Positions 39,212 to 48,992 of a DNA stretch of 64,000 bases are shown here, one piece after another. Numbering within the stretch: the stretch's first letter is position 1; the number at the start of each line of letters is the position of its first letter. The notes beneath the pieces are model-generated. The model was not told the origin of the DNA. It saw only the letters and a program-made list of their open reading frames with translations, and made no database searches. The DNA lies in the NCBI GenBank assembly GCA_038231455.1, contig JBBRLI010000014.1:19153-83152 (forward strand). Direction: 5' to 3'. The position numbers and the translations under genes were made by a program. Source of the DNA: Vulcanimicrobiales bacterium. GTDB taxonomy: Bacteria; Vulcanimicrobiota; Vulcanimicrobiia; Vulcanimicrobiales; Vulcanimicrobiaceae.

Positions 39212-39934
39212 ATGCCCGGGCCGTTTCGCGACTATGACGCCTTCGCCCAAGCGTATGCCGAACAAACCCAGACGAACGCCTACAACGCCTATTACGAACG
39301 ACCGGCGATACGCGCACTCGTCGGCGACGTTGCCGGCGCTCGCGTTCTCGACGCGGGCTGTGCGGCAGGCGAACACGCGCTGTGGCTCGTGGAGTCCGGC
39401 GCGCAGGTCACCGCGATCGACATCAGCGAGCCGATGGTCCACCTCGCGCGAACGCGGCTTGACGACCGCGCTGTCGTGCTGGCGGCCGACATCGCGCAAC
39501 CGCTGCCCTTTGGTGAGGCTGCCTTCGATATCGTGTTCAGTTCGCTCACGCTGCATTACCTCACCGACTGGGGACCGACACTCGCCGAGTTCGAGCGCGT
39601 TCTCGCACCCGGTGGAACGCTCGTTTTTTCCACCCACCATCCCTCGCTCGACCTGGGTCTTGAAGACTACTTTACCCTGCGAGAAGTCGACGACCGATGG
39701 ACCGGTTTTGGGCCGGAGCCGGTGCGCGTGCGATACGTTCACCGCCCGCTGAACGCCATCATCAAACCGCTTATTGCCGCGGGTTTTTCGATCGACGCAG
39801 TTGAGGAGCCGATGCCCGATCCACGTCTGGCGGAGCGCGATCCAACAGCCGACCGCACGCTGCGCACGAAACCGTTCTTCCTCTTCATTCGCGCCCACAA
39901 AACCGGTTCCGCATCGACCGGCAAAGGGTTGTAA
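39212..39934 (+). CDS. Class I SAM-dependent methyltransferase
   Basis: YERPA, VLDAGCAAG, IDIS, SSLTLHY, VLAPGG. Confidence 0.9.
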   Translation: MPGPFRDYDAFAQAYAEQTQTNAYNAYYERPAIRALVGDVAGARVLDAGCAAGEHALWLVESGAQVTAIDISEPMVHLARTRLDDRAVVLAADIAQPLPFGEAAFDIVFSSLTLHYLTDWGPTLAEFERVLAPGGTLVFSTHHPSLDLGLEDYFTLREVDDRWTGFGPEPVRVRYVHRPLNAIIKPLIAAGFSIDAVEEPMPDPRLAERDPTADRTLRTKPFFLFIRAHKTGSASTGKGL

Positions 39935-39987
39935 CTTGCTTCGATTCGAACGGTAGCTACGAGTATCAGTACGACGGAGGACGCTCG

Positions 39988-40194
39988 ATCACGGACGAGT
40001 TAGCGGGGAAAGTCGGCCGAGTTACCAGTCCGATTGCACCCGGTGCGATCGGCGAGGTAATGCTCGCGATACGCGGCGGAAGCGAGGCATTTCATGCCTA
40101 CGCCGTCGATCGCTCGTGCACGCTGCCCAGCGGCTCCCGGGTCGTCGTCGTCGAGTATTACCCACCACGTACGGTCGTCGTTACTGAAGCGTAG
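39988..40194 (+). CDS. Small NfeD-C/OB-fold flotillin partner (68 aa), absent from the ORF track; probable ATC start
   Basis: (M)TDELAGKVGRVTSPIAPGAIGEVMLAIRGGSEAFHAYAVDRSCTLPSGSRVVVVEYYPPRTVVVTEA; RBS GGAGG 7 nt upstream; directly precedes flotillin. Confidence 0.75.
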   Translation: MTDELAGKVGRVTSPIAPGAIGEVMLAIRGGSEAFHAYAVDRSCTLPSGSRVVVVEYYPPRTVVVTEA

Positions 40195-40202
40195 GAGACG
40201 TC

Positions 40203-41634
40203 ATGACCACCGTCGGCACTTCACTCATCGTAATCGCGGGACTGATCGTCGCCGCTCTCGTTCTTGCTATCGTTATTTTCAAATCGATGTGGCGCGTTGC
40301 AGAACCAAACGAAGCGCTCGTGATCTCGGGTCTGCACCAAAAACGAACCGCCGATGGCATCGGCGAATCGATGGGTTTTAAAATCATCACGGGGCGCGGC
40401 ACGCTCGTCATTCCCGGCATCCAAGTCGTCCGTCGGCTCTCACTTGATTTGCGGGAGGCGGAACTTGAAATCGAGTGCGTGACCTCGCAAGGCATTCCGG
40501 TGCATATCAAAGGCGTCGTCATCTATAAAGTCGGCGACGATCTTTCATCGATCGCAAATGCCGCGCGACGCTTCCTCGACCAACAAGAAAAAATGGACCT
40601 GCGCATTCAGAACGTGTTCGCGGGTCATCTGCGCGCGATCGTCGGCAGCCTGACGGTCGAAGAACTGATCCGCGAACGCGACAAACTCACACAAGCAACG
40701 CGCGGCGCATCCGGTACGGAGATGGAGAAACTCGGTCTGATCATCGATTCGATGCTCATCCAAGAGATCGACGATCCGACCGGTTACATTCAAAGCCTTG
40801 CCGCACCCCACGCAGCGGCCGTCAAGAAAGACGCGCGCATCGCTCAGGCGCTTGCCGATCAAGAAGCAACGCAACGCGAGCAAGAGGCAAACGCCCTCAA
40901 AGCCCAATCGCTGCGCGATAGCAAGATCAAGCAAGCCGGCTACCAGGCCGAAGTCGATCGCGCCGGCGCCCAGGCACAACAGGCGGGTCCGCTCGCCGAT
41001 GCGGTTGCACGCCAGCAAGTCGTCGTCGAAGAAACGAAAATCGCCGAGCTGGAAGCATCGCGCAAAGAGCAAGAATTGCTCACGACCGTGCGCCGCCCGG
41101 CCGATGCCGCCGCATACGAAAAAACGACGATCGCCGCCGCCCAGCGCGACGCCGACATCGCCGCGGCCGAAGCGCGTGCAAAACAGATCGAGCTCCAAGC
41201 AAGCCGATGCCACGCGAACCAAACTCACCGCCATCGCCAACTCCGAACAAATCCGCTCGATCGGTGAGGCCGAAGCCTCAGCAACGCGGGCGAGGGGCAG
41301 TGCCGAAGGCGAGGCGATCAGCGCGCGCGGACTCGCCGAAGCTGCAGCCATCAAAGCACGTGCCGAAGCGCTCGCCCAGAATCAAGACGCCGTCATCGGC
41401 CAGCAACTTGCCGAACAGTGGCCGGCGATCGTCGAAGCCGGTGCCAAGGCGTTCGCAAAAGTCGACTCGATGATCGTTCTCAACGGCGCGCAAGGCGTGA
41501 CCGAAATGCTCGGCCAGACAATCGCGCAAGGCGCGCCGGGTCTACAACTCGTGCGGAACCTCATCGCCAAATCCAAATCGCCCCTCAAGACCAGCAACGG
41601 CGATGGCGCCGTCGTGAAAACCGAAAGCAATTGA
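40203..41634 (+). pseudogene. Flotillin (FloT-like SPFH) gene interrupted by a frameshift near 41199
   Basis: TM + SPFH (AEPNEALVISG, GHLRAIVG) in ORF 40203-41267; the EA-rich flotillin tail (GEAEA..GLAEAAAIKARAEAL, MIVLNGA) continues in the +1 frame to 41634. Confidence 0.75.
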
Positions 41635-42332
41635 GCTTCTTTCGACGGCTGACGCGGCTCTTCGCGGGCGAAGCGCGCGCCGCCGTCGAGCGACTCGATA
41701 ATCCCGCACAGTCCGTCGCGGACGCGTACGAAGAGCATCTTCTGCTCTTGCACGATGTCCGCGACCGACTTGCGGAGGTGCTCACCGCACAAAAGAAACT
41801 GGAAATGCAAGCCGGGGCGATCGGACGCACGCGCGATCGCTATCGCCGGGACGCGATCGCCGCGCTCGGCCGCAACGAGGACGTGCTCGCGCGGCGCGCC
41901 GTTGCGCGCGAGTATCTCGCCAACCGGCAGTTGGAAAGCTTAGAGGCCGAAATCGCGGGCATTCGCGAGACGTTTCTGAAAATCGACGACGTCGCCGAAG
42001 ACCTCCGCGTACGCACCGAAGCGATTCGGAACGAGAAAGAGATCGTTGCAGCAAAAGTAGCCGCCGCGCGCGCATCGATTACGGCGCATAGCACGCTTGG
42101 CGGATTCAGCCCCGAGATGGAATGGATCCGCAAGCTGCTCGCCGACGCGCGCGATCGCACGCAAACGCTCGAAGCGCGCGCTGCGGCAATCGAGGAACTG
42201 GTCCGCCGCGAGTCGGTCGAAGATGCATCGCCTCGCGCCAGCGCGACGACGGACGATGCGGGCGCGCAAGTAGAGATCGATCGCGAACTCGCAGCCCTCA
42301 AAGCGACGTTGCTCGGCGACAACGCGCGCTAG
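41631..42332 (+). CDS. pspA: PspA/IM30 family protein
   Basis: MSFFRRLTRLF amphipathic start, DNP, A..ALGRNEDVLARRA, coiled coil, C-terminal IDRELAALKA; TTGA overlap with flotillin stop. Confidence 0.8.
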   Translation: MSFFRRLTRLFAGEARAAVERLDNPAQSVADAYEEHLLLLHDVRDRLAEVLTAQKKLEMQAGAIGRTRDRYRRDAIAALGRNEDVLARRAVAREYLANRQLESLEAEIAGIRETFLKIDDVAEDLRVRTEAIRNEKEIVAAKVAAARASITAHSTLGGFSPEMEWIRKLLADARDRTQTLEARAAAIEELVRRESVEDASPRASATTDDAGAQVEIDRELAALKATLLGDNAR

Positions 42333-42335
42333 CGG

Positions 42336-43052
42336 TTATCCGCCGACGGTCGCCCGGAGTCCAAAGGTGAGGAAGAGCCCCGCCGAACGGTCGACCAAAT
42401 CACCCGTGCGCGTCGATGCGGCTCCGAAATTGAAATAGCGCACGCCGACGACCGGCGTGCCCAGCCGTCGGCGACCGCTCACATTCGCGCGAATGTCCAC
42501 CTGGGATCCGCGCAGAGAATCGTACGACTCGATCGGCGTCGCGACGAGCTTCTGCGTGAACGAGCCAAAGACGCGCGGCGCAATCGCAACCGAGAACTCA
42601 GCATCCGTCCAAACGCGATGCCGAACGAGCGCGAATCCGTACGTGGGTCCGCTCGCAACGAACGTTGCCTGACGGACATCGAAACGCGCGCGCGTATCGT
42701 GCGTTTCCGTCTGCACCCACCGAACGATTCCAAGCGATGCGCGAAGCGGTCCAGCGACGCGCGCATCGATGCTTGCCGTTCCACCGGAAAGTCGCGAGTT
42801 GGTTGCACTGGAATAGAACTCGACGGGAGCAGACACGCCCGGCGTGAACTCGGTTTGCGCGCGGAAGTCCCCGCTCGACGTACGTAGCTTGATCGTTGGG
42901 ATCGGTCCGAACGGCAGCTCCGTCGTCGTTCCGTTCGACGAGGACGTGCGGCCGGTGAGGGCCGTGAGATTCACGCCGATCGTCGATTCCCCGGCGAACG
43001 CCGGCGCGGTGAGTCCGAGCGCGGCCACCAGCGCAAGTGTGAAGGCTCTCAC
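42336..43052 (-). CDS. Hypothetical exported protein, possibly beta-barrel
   Basis: Signal peptide (..APAFA), beta-strand-like alternation; GTGA overlap with hmgA stop. Confidence 0.6.
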   Translation of the reverse strand: MRAFTLALVAALGLTAPAFAGESTIGVNLTALTGRTSSSNGTTTELPFGPIPTIKLRTSSGDFRAQTEFTPGVSAPVEFYSSATNSRLSGGTASIDARVAGPLRASLGIVRWVQTETHDTRARFDVRQATFVASGPTYGFALVRHRVWTDAEFSVAIAPRVFGSFTQKLVATPIESYDSLRGSQVDIRANVSGRRRLGTPVVGVRYFNFGAASTRTGDLVDRSAGLFLTFGLRATVGG

Positions 43053-44215
43053 GCGTTCACGGGCTTTGCAATCCAACTGCGATAGTAGGCTTCCTCTTCT
43101 GCCGGTAGCGCCGTTTCCGCAAGGCGCAGTGGGTTGAATGCATCGATCGCAAACGCCAGTTCGTCGGTCGCCGTTTTTCCAAGCGACCCTTCAACGGCTC
43201 CGGGCTGCGGCCCGTGGGGCGCGCCCGCCGCGTGCAAGGTGATCGAGCGTTCTTCGATGCCGCGCCGACTCATAAAATTGCCGCTTGCGTAGTAGATGAT
43301 CTCATCGCAATCGACACTCGAATGATTGTAAGGCGCGGGGATCGCGAGCGGATGATAATCGAACATTCGCGGCGCGAAGAGTAACAGCGCCGCTCCCGGC
43401 GCATCGAAGAGTTGATGCGAGCTTGGCGGTTGGTGAATCTTGCCCGTGATCGGCATGTATTCATCGGCGTTGAACGCCGAGGGGTAGCAGTATCCATCCC
43501 ATCCGATGACATCGAACGGATGATTCTCCACCGTGTAGATCGCGCTGCGGCCTTTGGCCGTGATGCGCACTTCGTATTCGCCCGGCGCGTCGATGGGATC
43601 GGGGAGATTGGGTGCCCGGAAGTCGCGCTCGTAGTACGGTGCGTGTTCGTGTAGTTGCCCGAATGCATTGCGAAATTTGTTCGGAATCGTGATCGACCCC
43701 GACGATTCGAGAATCAACAAATTGCTCGGCGTTTGCGGCTGCAACTGGTACGTCGTCCCGGTTGGAACATGCAGAAAATCGTGCGCGCGGTAGTCGATGG
43801 ACCCAAAGGGCGTCAACAGCCGGCCCGAGCCCGACTGAACGAAGATCAACTCATCGCCGCTGGAATTGCGGAAGAAATACTCCATCGAACGGTCGACGTG
43901 GGCGACGGAAACGATCGCATCGTCGTTGCCGACGATCGGCAGACGCGCGCTCAGGGCATCGCCGCCCGCGGGTAAGCGGCCCGTGAACCAGTGGCGGTTT
44001 TTGAGCGGATCGTTCGGAAGAAACCGGACGAGCGGACGCTCCCACGCCTTGACGTCGAGCGTCGCGGTCGGCGGTCGCAGGTGATACGCGAGCGAATAGA
44101 CGCTCTCGAATCCTTTGGTTGAGATGAGTTCTTCGGCATAGAGACCACCGTCGGGACGCCGGAACTGCGTATGACGCTTACCCGGAAGCGTCCCTTGCCG
44201 CGCGTAAAATGCCAT
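43049..44215 (-). CDS. hmgA: Homogentisate 1,2-dioxygenase
   Basis: P.KRHTQFR, HPFDVIGWDG, IHQPP, PYNHSSVDCDE, HGPQPG. Confidence 0.9.
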   Translation of the reverse strand: MAFYARQGTLPGKRHTQFRRPDGGLYAEELISTKGFESVYSLAYHLRPPTATLDVKAWERPLVRFLPNDPLKNRHWFTGRLPAGGDALSARLPIVGNDDAIVSVAHVDRSMEYFFRNSSGDELIFVQSGSGRLLTPFGSIDYRAHDFLHVPTGTTYQLQPQTPSNLLILESSGSITIPNKFRNAFGQLHEHAPYYERDFRAPNLPDPIDAPGEYEVRITAKGRSAIYTVENHPFDVIGWDGYCYPSAFNADEYMPITGKIHQPPSSHQLFDAPGAALLLFAPRMFDYHPLAIPAPYNHSSVDCDEIIYYASGNFMSRRGIEERSITLHAAGAPHGPQPGAVEGSLGKTATDELAFAIDAFNPLRLAETALPAEEEAYYRSWIAKPVNA

Positions 44216-44258
44216 CTCTGCCGCTTCGTGGGGCGCACCCAAAACGCCCCGTCGCGCG

Positions 44259-45374
44259 CTAGCCGACGGCCTCGCGGCGCGGGACGCGAACGCTGAACCG
44301 CGCCCCACCGAGCGGCGAGGGGCTCACCTCCACGCTACCGCCGACACGTTCGAGAATCAGCCGCACCAGCGCAAGGCCGATCCCCGATCCGTGAGCCGCT
44401 GTCGACCCGCGTTCGCCGAGCGCGAAGATCGCCTCGCGTTCGGCCGGGGCGACGCCCAGCCCATCATCATCGACGCTGATGTGTGCCGCTCGACCGTCGG
44501 AACAATCGACACTCACGCGCACCGCGCCGCCGAGGCGACCGTGTTTGATGGCGTTGTCGATGAGATTGATCAACACGAGCGTGAGCCGGTCGCCGTCGAT
44601 TGCAACCGAGATCGGTGCGACGCGCGGCACATGGAGGTTCACACTGCGCGCCGCTGCGGCCGCGGCGACGGCGTCACTTGCCGCGCAGAGCGCAAGATCG
44701 AGCGAGGCGATCGACCGGTTCGGAAACGTCGCGTGCAGATCGAGCAGGGAGATTTCGAACATCCCGTCGACGAGCCTCGACATTCGCAGTGATTCGTTAT
44801 GCGCAACGGTCAAGAATCGGCGCCGCGTCGGGCCATCGATCGAATCGTCGAGTAGCGTTTCGAGGTAGCCGCGAATCGAGGCCAAAGGCGTGCGCAGTTC
44901 ATGACCGAGCGCGGAGAAAAAAGCATAGCGTTCGCGTTCGCGCGCGCCGCGCGCGAGCGCGTCCTCGATCGCATCCTCGATGTGCGCGACGCCCGCAGCG
45001 ACGGTCGTCCAGCCGGTGAGCACATCCAGCCGCGTCTCGTGTTCGAGCGTCGCGGCGATGCGCGCGAGCGCCGAGCGCGCGTCAAGCGCCGCAGGCAAAT
45101 CGTCGCCCGCGCGCGCCCGGGCGACGAGCGCTGCAACGAAGATATCGGAGCCAGCGTCGTGTCCGATGCGGTCCTCGACGCGAAGGACGCGCCGCGCCGC
45201 AACCCCAAAGGCCTGCATTGCGCGGCGCTCCAGCGCGCGAGCGGAGCGCAGGCCGCGCCGCCACGCCGTCCGTTCGAGATCGGGGATACGCACGACCAAG
45301 AGCGGCACGTTCCCGACAAGTCCCGCGAGCAGTGCGTCGAGATCCGCGAGCGATTCGATCTCAGCCGCGCGCAA
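44259..45374 (-). CDS. Cytoplasmic histidine kinase with a GGDEF-like N-terminal domain
   Basis: HELRTPL, NLIDNAIKH, DDDGLG, GSGIGL; no TM segment; TTG start overlapping the regulator stop. Confidence 0.85.
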   Translation of the reverse strand: MRAAEIESLADLDALLAGLVGNVPLLVVRIPDLERTAWRRGLRSARALERRAMQAFGVAARRVLRVEDRIGHDAGSDIFVAALVARARAGDDLPAALDARSALARIAATLEHETRLDVLTGWTTVAAGVAHIEDAIEDALARGARERERYAFFSALGHELRTPLASIRGYLETLLDDSIDGPTRRRFLTVAHNESLRMSRLVDGMFEISLLDLHATFPNRSIASLDLALCAASDAVAAAAAARSVNLHVPRVAPISVAIDGDRLTLVLINLIDNAIKHGRLGGAVRVSVDCSDGRAAHISVDDDGLGVAPAEREAIFALGERGSTAAHGSGIGLALVRLILERVGGSVEVSPSPLGGARFSVRVPRREAVG

Positions 45375-46041
45375 ACTTATATCCGAATCCGTGAATGGTA
45401 TGCAGCAGCGGCGCAAGTTGCGGGCGCTCTTCGATCTTCGCGCGTACGCGCCGCACGTGTACGTCGACGGTACGCTCGTCGCCGTCGAAATCGAATCCCC
45501 ACACGTTCTGCAGGAGCTGCGCGCGAGAGAGCGCGACGCCGGCGTTCGTTGCAAGCTCCAGAAGCAACGCGAACTCGCGCGGTTTGAGACCGACATCGAC
45601 CCCATCGACGCGCGCTTCACGTGCGGCCTCATCGATTTCAAGCCGGTCGAACGTCAGGACGGCCGGAAGCGGTGCATGTGCGAGTCCCGAACGGCGGACG
45701 ATCGCGCGTACGCGTGCCACCACTTCGCGCGGCGAAAAAGGCTTGGCGACGTAATCATCCGCGCCGATCTCAAAGCCGATGATCCGATCCACTTCTTCCG
45801 CTCGCGCCGTGAGCATGAGGATCGGCAGCGTCCGTCCTTCGCGCCGGAGCGTCCGAACGATTTCGAAGCCGTCGAGCACCGGTAGGCCGACGTCGAGGAT
45901 CAAGAGATCAGCGCCGGCGCGGGCAGCACGAAGCGTCGTCGGGCCGTCGGCAGTCGGCAGACACCGAAATCCCTCGCGTTCGAGATGGTGGATTAGCAAC
46001 TCGCGGATCGGGTCTTCGTCTTCCGCAACGACGATGCGCAT
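45361..46041 (-). CDS. OmpR/PhoB-family response regulator
   Basis: VAEDE, LDVGLP, LTAR, GADDY.AKPF, RTVDVHVRR, GFGYK. Confidence 0.93.
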   Translation of the reverse strand: MRIVVAEDEDPIRELLIHHLEREGFRCLPTADGPTTLRAARAGADLLILDVGLPVLDGFEIVRTLRREGRTLPILMLTARAEEVDRIIGFEIGADDYVAKPFSPREVVARVRAIVRRSGLAHAPLPAVLTFDRLEIDEAAREARVDGVDVGLKPREFALLLELATNAGVALSRAQLLQNVWGFDFDGDERTVDVHVRRVRAKIEERPQLAPLLHTIHGFGYKFARG

Positions 46042-46079
46042 GGGAACCATAACCCGTGCAGTGCCCGGCTACAGCAGAA

Positions 46080-46508
46080 CTATGACGGCAAATCTTTCTG
46101 CTCGAGCGCCTCACCCTCAACGACGAGTTCACCGCGCTGGTTCGTGACGGTCGTCCGGCAGCGCAGTCGGCGCCGGTCGGCGAGAATCTCGATCACCTCG
46201 GTGACCGCCTCGAGCGTATCTCCGGCGTAGACGGGTTTGAGAAAACGAAGCGTCTGGGCAAGCGAAATCCCACCGGGACGCTGAAGCAACAGGCCGTTTG
46301 TTGTGGAGAGCAGGCTTGCGCTAAGCATCCCGTGGGCAACGCGCTTACCGAAGCGCGTTGTCTTGGCATATTCCTCATCGACGTGCAGCGGATATTGGTC
46401 GCCCGAGACGGCTGCGAAAAGCAAGATGTCCGCCTCGGTGATGGTTTTCGAAAACACCGCGCGATCGCCGATCGCGAATGCTTCGAAGGCCTTGTGGCCG
46501 TAGCTCAC
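46080..46508 (-). CDS. MaoC-family dehydratase
   Basis: FAAVSGD.YPLH, AHGML, FLKPVYAGD. Confidence 0.9.
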   Translation of the reverse strand: MSYGHKAFEAFAIGDRAVFSKTITEADILLFAAVSGDQYPLHVDEEYAKTTRFGKRVAHGMLSASLLSTTNGLLLQRPGGISLAQTLRFLKPVYAGDTLEAVTEVIEILADRRRLRCRTTVTNQRGELVVEGEALEQKDLPS

Positions 46509-46927
46509 GCCGTACGAAGCGCTGCAAGCCCGGCTTCGGCGACCGCGAGGTCTTCGGGGACCGTCCCCGAGCTCACCCCGATGCCGCCGATCGTCTGCCC
46601 GTCGACAAGAATCGGCAAGCCTCCGCCGATTTGGACGATCGTCGATGCGAGGGCAAGCTTGATGCCAAGCAGCGGCTCACCGCCGCCCTCATCCGCGGTG
46701 GCGCGCTTGCGCGTTGCGGCCGAAATGGCTTTTTTGAGCGCGATTTCGATCGAGCCGATGCGCGCCTCGTCCATTCGAGCAAACGCGAGCAAGAGACCGC
46801 CGGGATCGACGATGGCGATGCATTCGGGGACACCCATCGCGTTTGCGTGGGCGACGGCGGCGGCAAGCATCGTTTGCGCGCCGTGGAGCGTAAGCGCGAT
46901 CTGGTCGCGGACGATCATGTCGGTCAT
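46505..46927 (-). CDS. GlcG/HbpS heme-binding family protein
   Basis: AIVDPGG, KKAISA, GGGLPI, GGIGVS. Confidence 0.85.
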   Translation of the reverse strand: MTDMIVRDQIALTLHGAQTMLAAAVAHANAMGVPECIAIVDPGGLLLAFARMDEARIGSIEIALKKAISAATRKRATADEGGGEPLLGIKLALASTIVQIGGGLPILVDGQTIGGIGVSSGTVPEDLAVAEAGLAALRTA

Positions 46928-46990
46928 GCCTCGCAGTTCGGTAGAAGCAAGCTGGAGTACCTTGCCAACGGTGGCGCGAAATTAGACCAC

Positions 46991-47752
46991 GTGCCTTTAC
47001 TACCACCCGATCAAGAGTTTCGTCTCTGCGCGAATGCTGCAGCTGCGGCGTACGCGCAGCGTCCCGCGTATGTTGCCTACCACTCGCGCGCCACGATCGA
47101 CGTCCCGACCCTCAAACGCCATCTCGTCGTCGAACGCGCGGTCGAGTCGCGGACGTCGGATGATTATGCCGCAAATCAAGATCTGCCGCGAGGCGCGCGC
47201 TCGTACGGTCACGCCTGGCCGCTCAACCCGCTCTTCGATGCGATCTCGTACTTTCGGATTCAAAACGATGCGAAGTCCCTGCGCGACCCGCTCGAATCGT
47301 ACGTGTATGACGTCCAGCCGATCACCTTCGGTCCGCCCAAGGCATCGGGCGCAAATGTCAACGTCGTTGTCACGACGCTGCGCAACTACTACGCAACGTA
47401 TGCGCCCGACTCGACGGACGAAGTCGCGCATTTGCAGATGTCGCCGCTCCCGGCGCTCACGACCGGCAATACATCCGACTTTTATCTCCATGACATGTTC
47501 ATCGATACCTCGACGAATTTGCCGCGGCAGGTCACGTACACGGGACACGACGATTATTTACTCGTTGTTAACTACATCACCGCGAGCGGGCGCTGGATTG
47601 TCGATCATGTAACCTACGAGAAGACCATCTTCGTCCCGCTTCGAGTGGCCCGGTTTCACGCGAAAATCGACGTTAAGTTCGATTCATTCACATTTCCGGA
47701 CCAGCCGACCGATCAAAAACTTATAGCCACACCATCTCCGGCGAGATCATGA
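46991..47752 (+). CDS. Hypothetical protein (start uncertain)
   Basis: Long open frame with coding-like composition between divergent glcG-like and EAL genes. Confidence 0.55.
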   Translation: MPLLPPDQEFRLCANAAAAAYAQRPAYVAYHSRATIDVPTLKRHLVVERAVESRTSDDYAANQDLPRGARSYGHAWPLNPLFDAISYFRIQNDAKSLRDPLESYVYDVQPITFGPPKASGANVNVVVTTLRNYYATYAPDSTDEVAHLQMSPLPALTTGNTSDFYLHDMFIDTSTNLPRQVTYTGHDDYLLVVNYITASGRWIVDHVTYEKTIFVPLRVARFHAKIDVKFDSFTFPDQPTDQKLIATPSPARS

Positions 47753-47790
47753 CGATTGCCAGCTAAACCCCAGAACATCGGGAGCCTCAT

Positions 47791-48864
47791 ATGAGCGACC
47801 GCGAGTTATGCGAAGTCTGTGAAACGTTGCCGCATCTCGCGTTCGATGGGGGCGACGTACACGTCCATCTGCCACAGCAGCACGCCGTCGGTAAACTCAA
47901 AGCGGCGCTCAAAAACGATGGCTGGGAGTACCGGGTTGACGGCAAGACCGTGTCGATCGAGCTCCATGCCGGACGGAGCAACGCGCTCGCACAAAAGCTT
48001 CGCGAAACCTTTTCGAGCGTCGAACGCGCCTCAACGCGCGCACTTTATGTCCAGACGGGCAAAACGCTTGCCTTTAACGATTATTTCGGCATCGACAAAC
48101 TCGATATTCTCTTGGCGCGCATGCAAGCCGGGTCGCTCGTAACGATGGTCGAGGCCGGTCAATTGACCTCGCACTTCCAGCCGATCGTCTACGCGAATAA
48201 CTCCGACCGCATTTACGCATACGAGGCGCTCTTGCGAGGCACGGCCGGGCGCGGACTCGATTCGCCGAGCGATATTTTCCGCATCGCCCACGACGCCGAT
48301 CTTTTAGCGCAAGTCGATTTAGCCGCGCGCCGCACGGCGATTCAAGAGTATGCCAAATACGATGTCGCCGAGCGACTCTTCATCAACTTCACGCCGTCGT
48401 CCATCTATGATCCGGCGACCTGCTTGCGCACGACCGTGCAATTGCTCGATGATTTAGGAATCGCCCACGACCGCGTCGTCTTCGAAGTCGTCGAGAGCGA
48501 AGACATCGATGATATCGACCATCTGCGCGGCATTCTCGACTATTATCGCAGCGGCGGATTTCACGTTGCGCTCGACGATTTGGGCGCCGGTTTTTCATCG
48601 CTGACGCGTCTTGCCCAGTTACGGCCGGACTACGTGAAGCTCGATATCGAACTCGTACGCAACGTGAACGTCGATCCGTTCAAAGGCGAGATCGCAAAAA
48701 AATTGATCGAAGCCGCGCGAACCCTCGAACTCCTCGTGATCGCCGAGGGCGTCGAGACGAAAGGCGAGTTCGATTGGGTGGTCGCAAATGGCGCAAACTT
48801 CGTGCAAGGCTTCTACATCTGCAAACCCGCAACGCCGCCGCCGAAACTCGCGGCCGCCTGGTAG
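47791..48864 (+). CDS. EAL-domain protein with N-terminal CxxC
   Basis: CEVC; FQPI, YEALLR, FINF, EVVE, ALDDLGAGFSSL, KLD, AEGVE, QGF; RBS GGGAG. Confidence 0.88.
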   Translation: MSDRELCEVCETLPHLAFDGGDVHVHLPQQHAVGKLKAALKNDGWEYRVDGKTVSIELHAGRSNALAQKLRETFSSVERASTRALYVQTGKTLAFNDYFGIDKLDILLARMQAGSLVTMVEAGQLTSHFQPIVYANNSDRIYAYEALLRGTAGRGLDSPSDIFRIAHDADLLAQVDLAARRTAIQEYAKYDVAERLFINFTPSSIYDPATCLRTTVQLLDDLGIAHDRVVFEVVESEDIDDIDHLRGILDYYRSGGFHVALDDLGAGFSSLTRLAQLRPDYVKLDIELVRNVNVDPFKGEIAKKLIEAARTLELLVIAEGVETKGEFDWVVANGANFVQGFYICKPATPPPKLAAAW

Positions 48865-48870
48865 AAAACG

Positions 48871-48958
48871 AGGAGAGAGGGAGATTCGAACTCCCGGAAC
48901 CGGATTAGGGTTCGCCGCATTTCGAGTGCGGTACTTTAAACCACTCAGCCATCTCTCC
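48871..48958 (-). tRNA. tRNA-Ser(CGA)
   Basis: Acceptor GGAGAGA/TCTCTCC, anticodon arm CCGCA-CTCGAAA-TGCGG, long variable arm. Confidence 0.93.
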
Positions 48959-48992
48959 GCAGGGTTTCTTCCATGAACACGGGTCTGCAACC

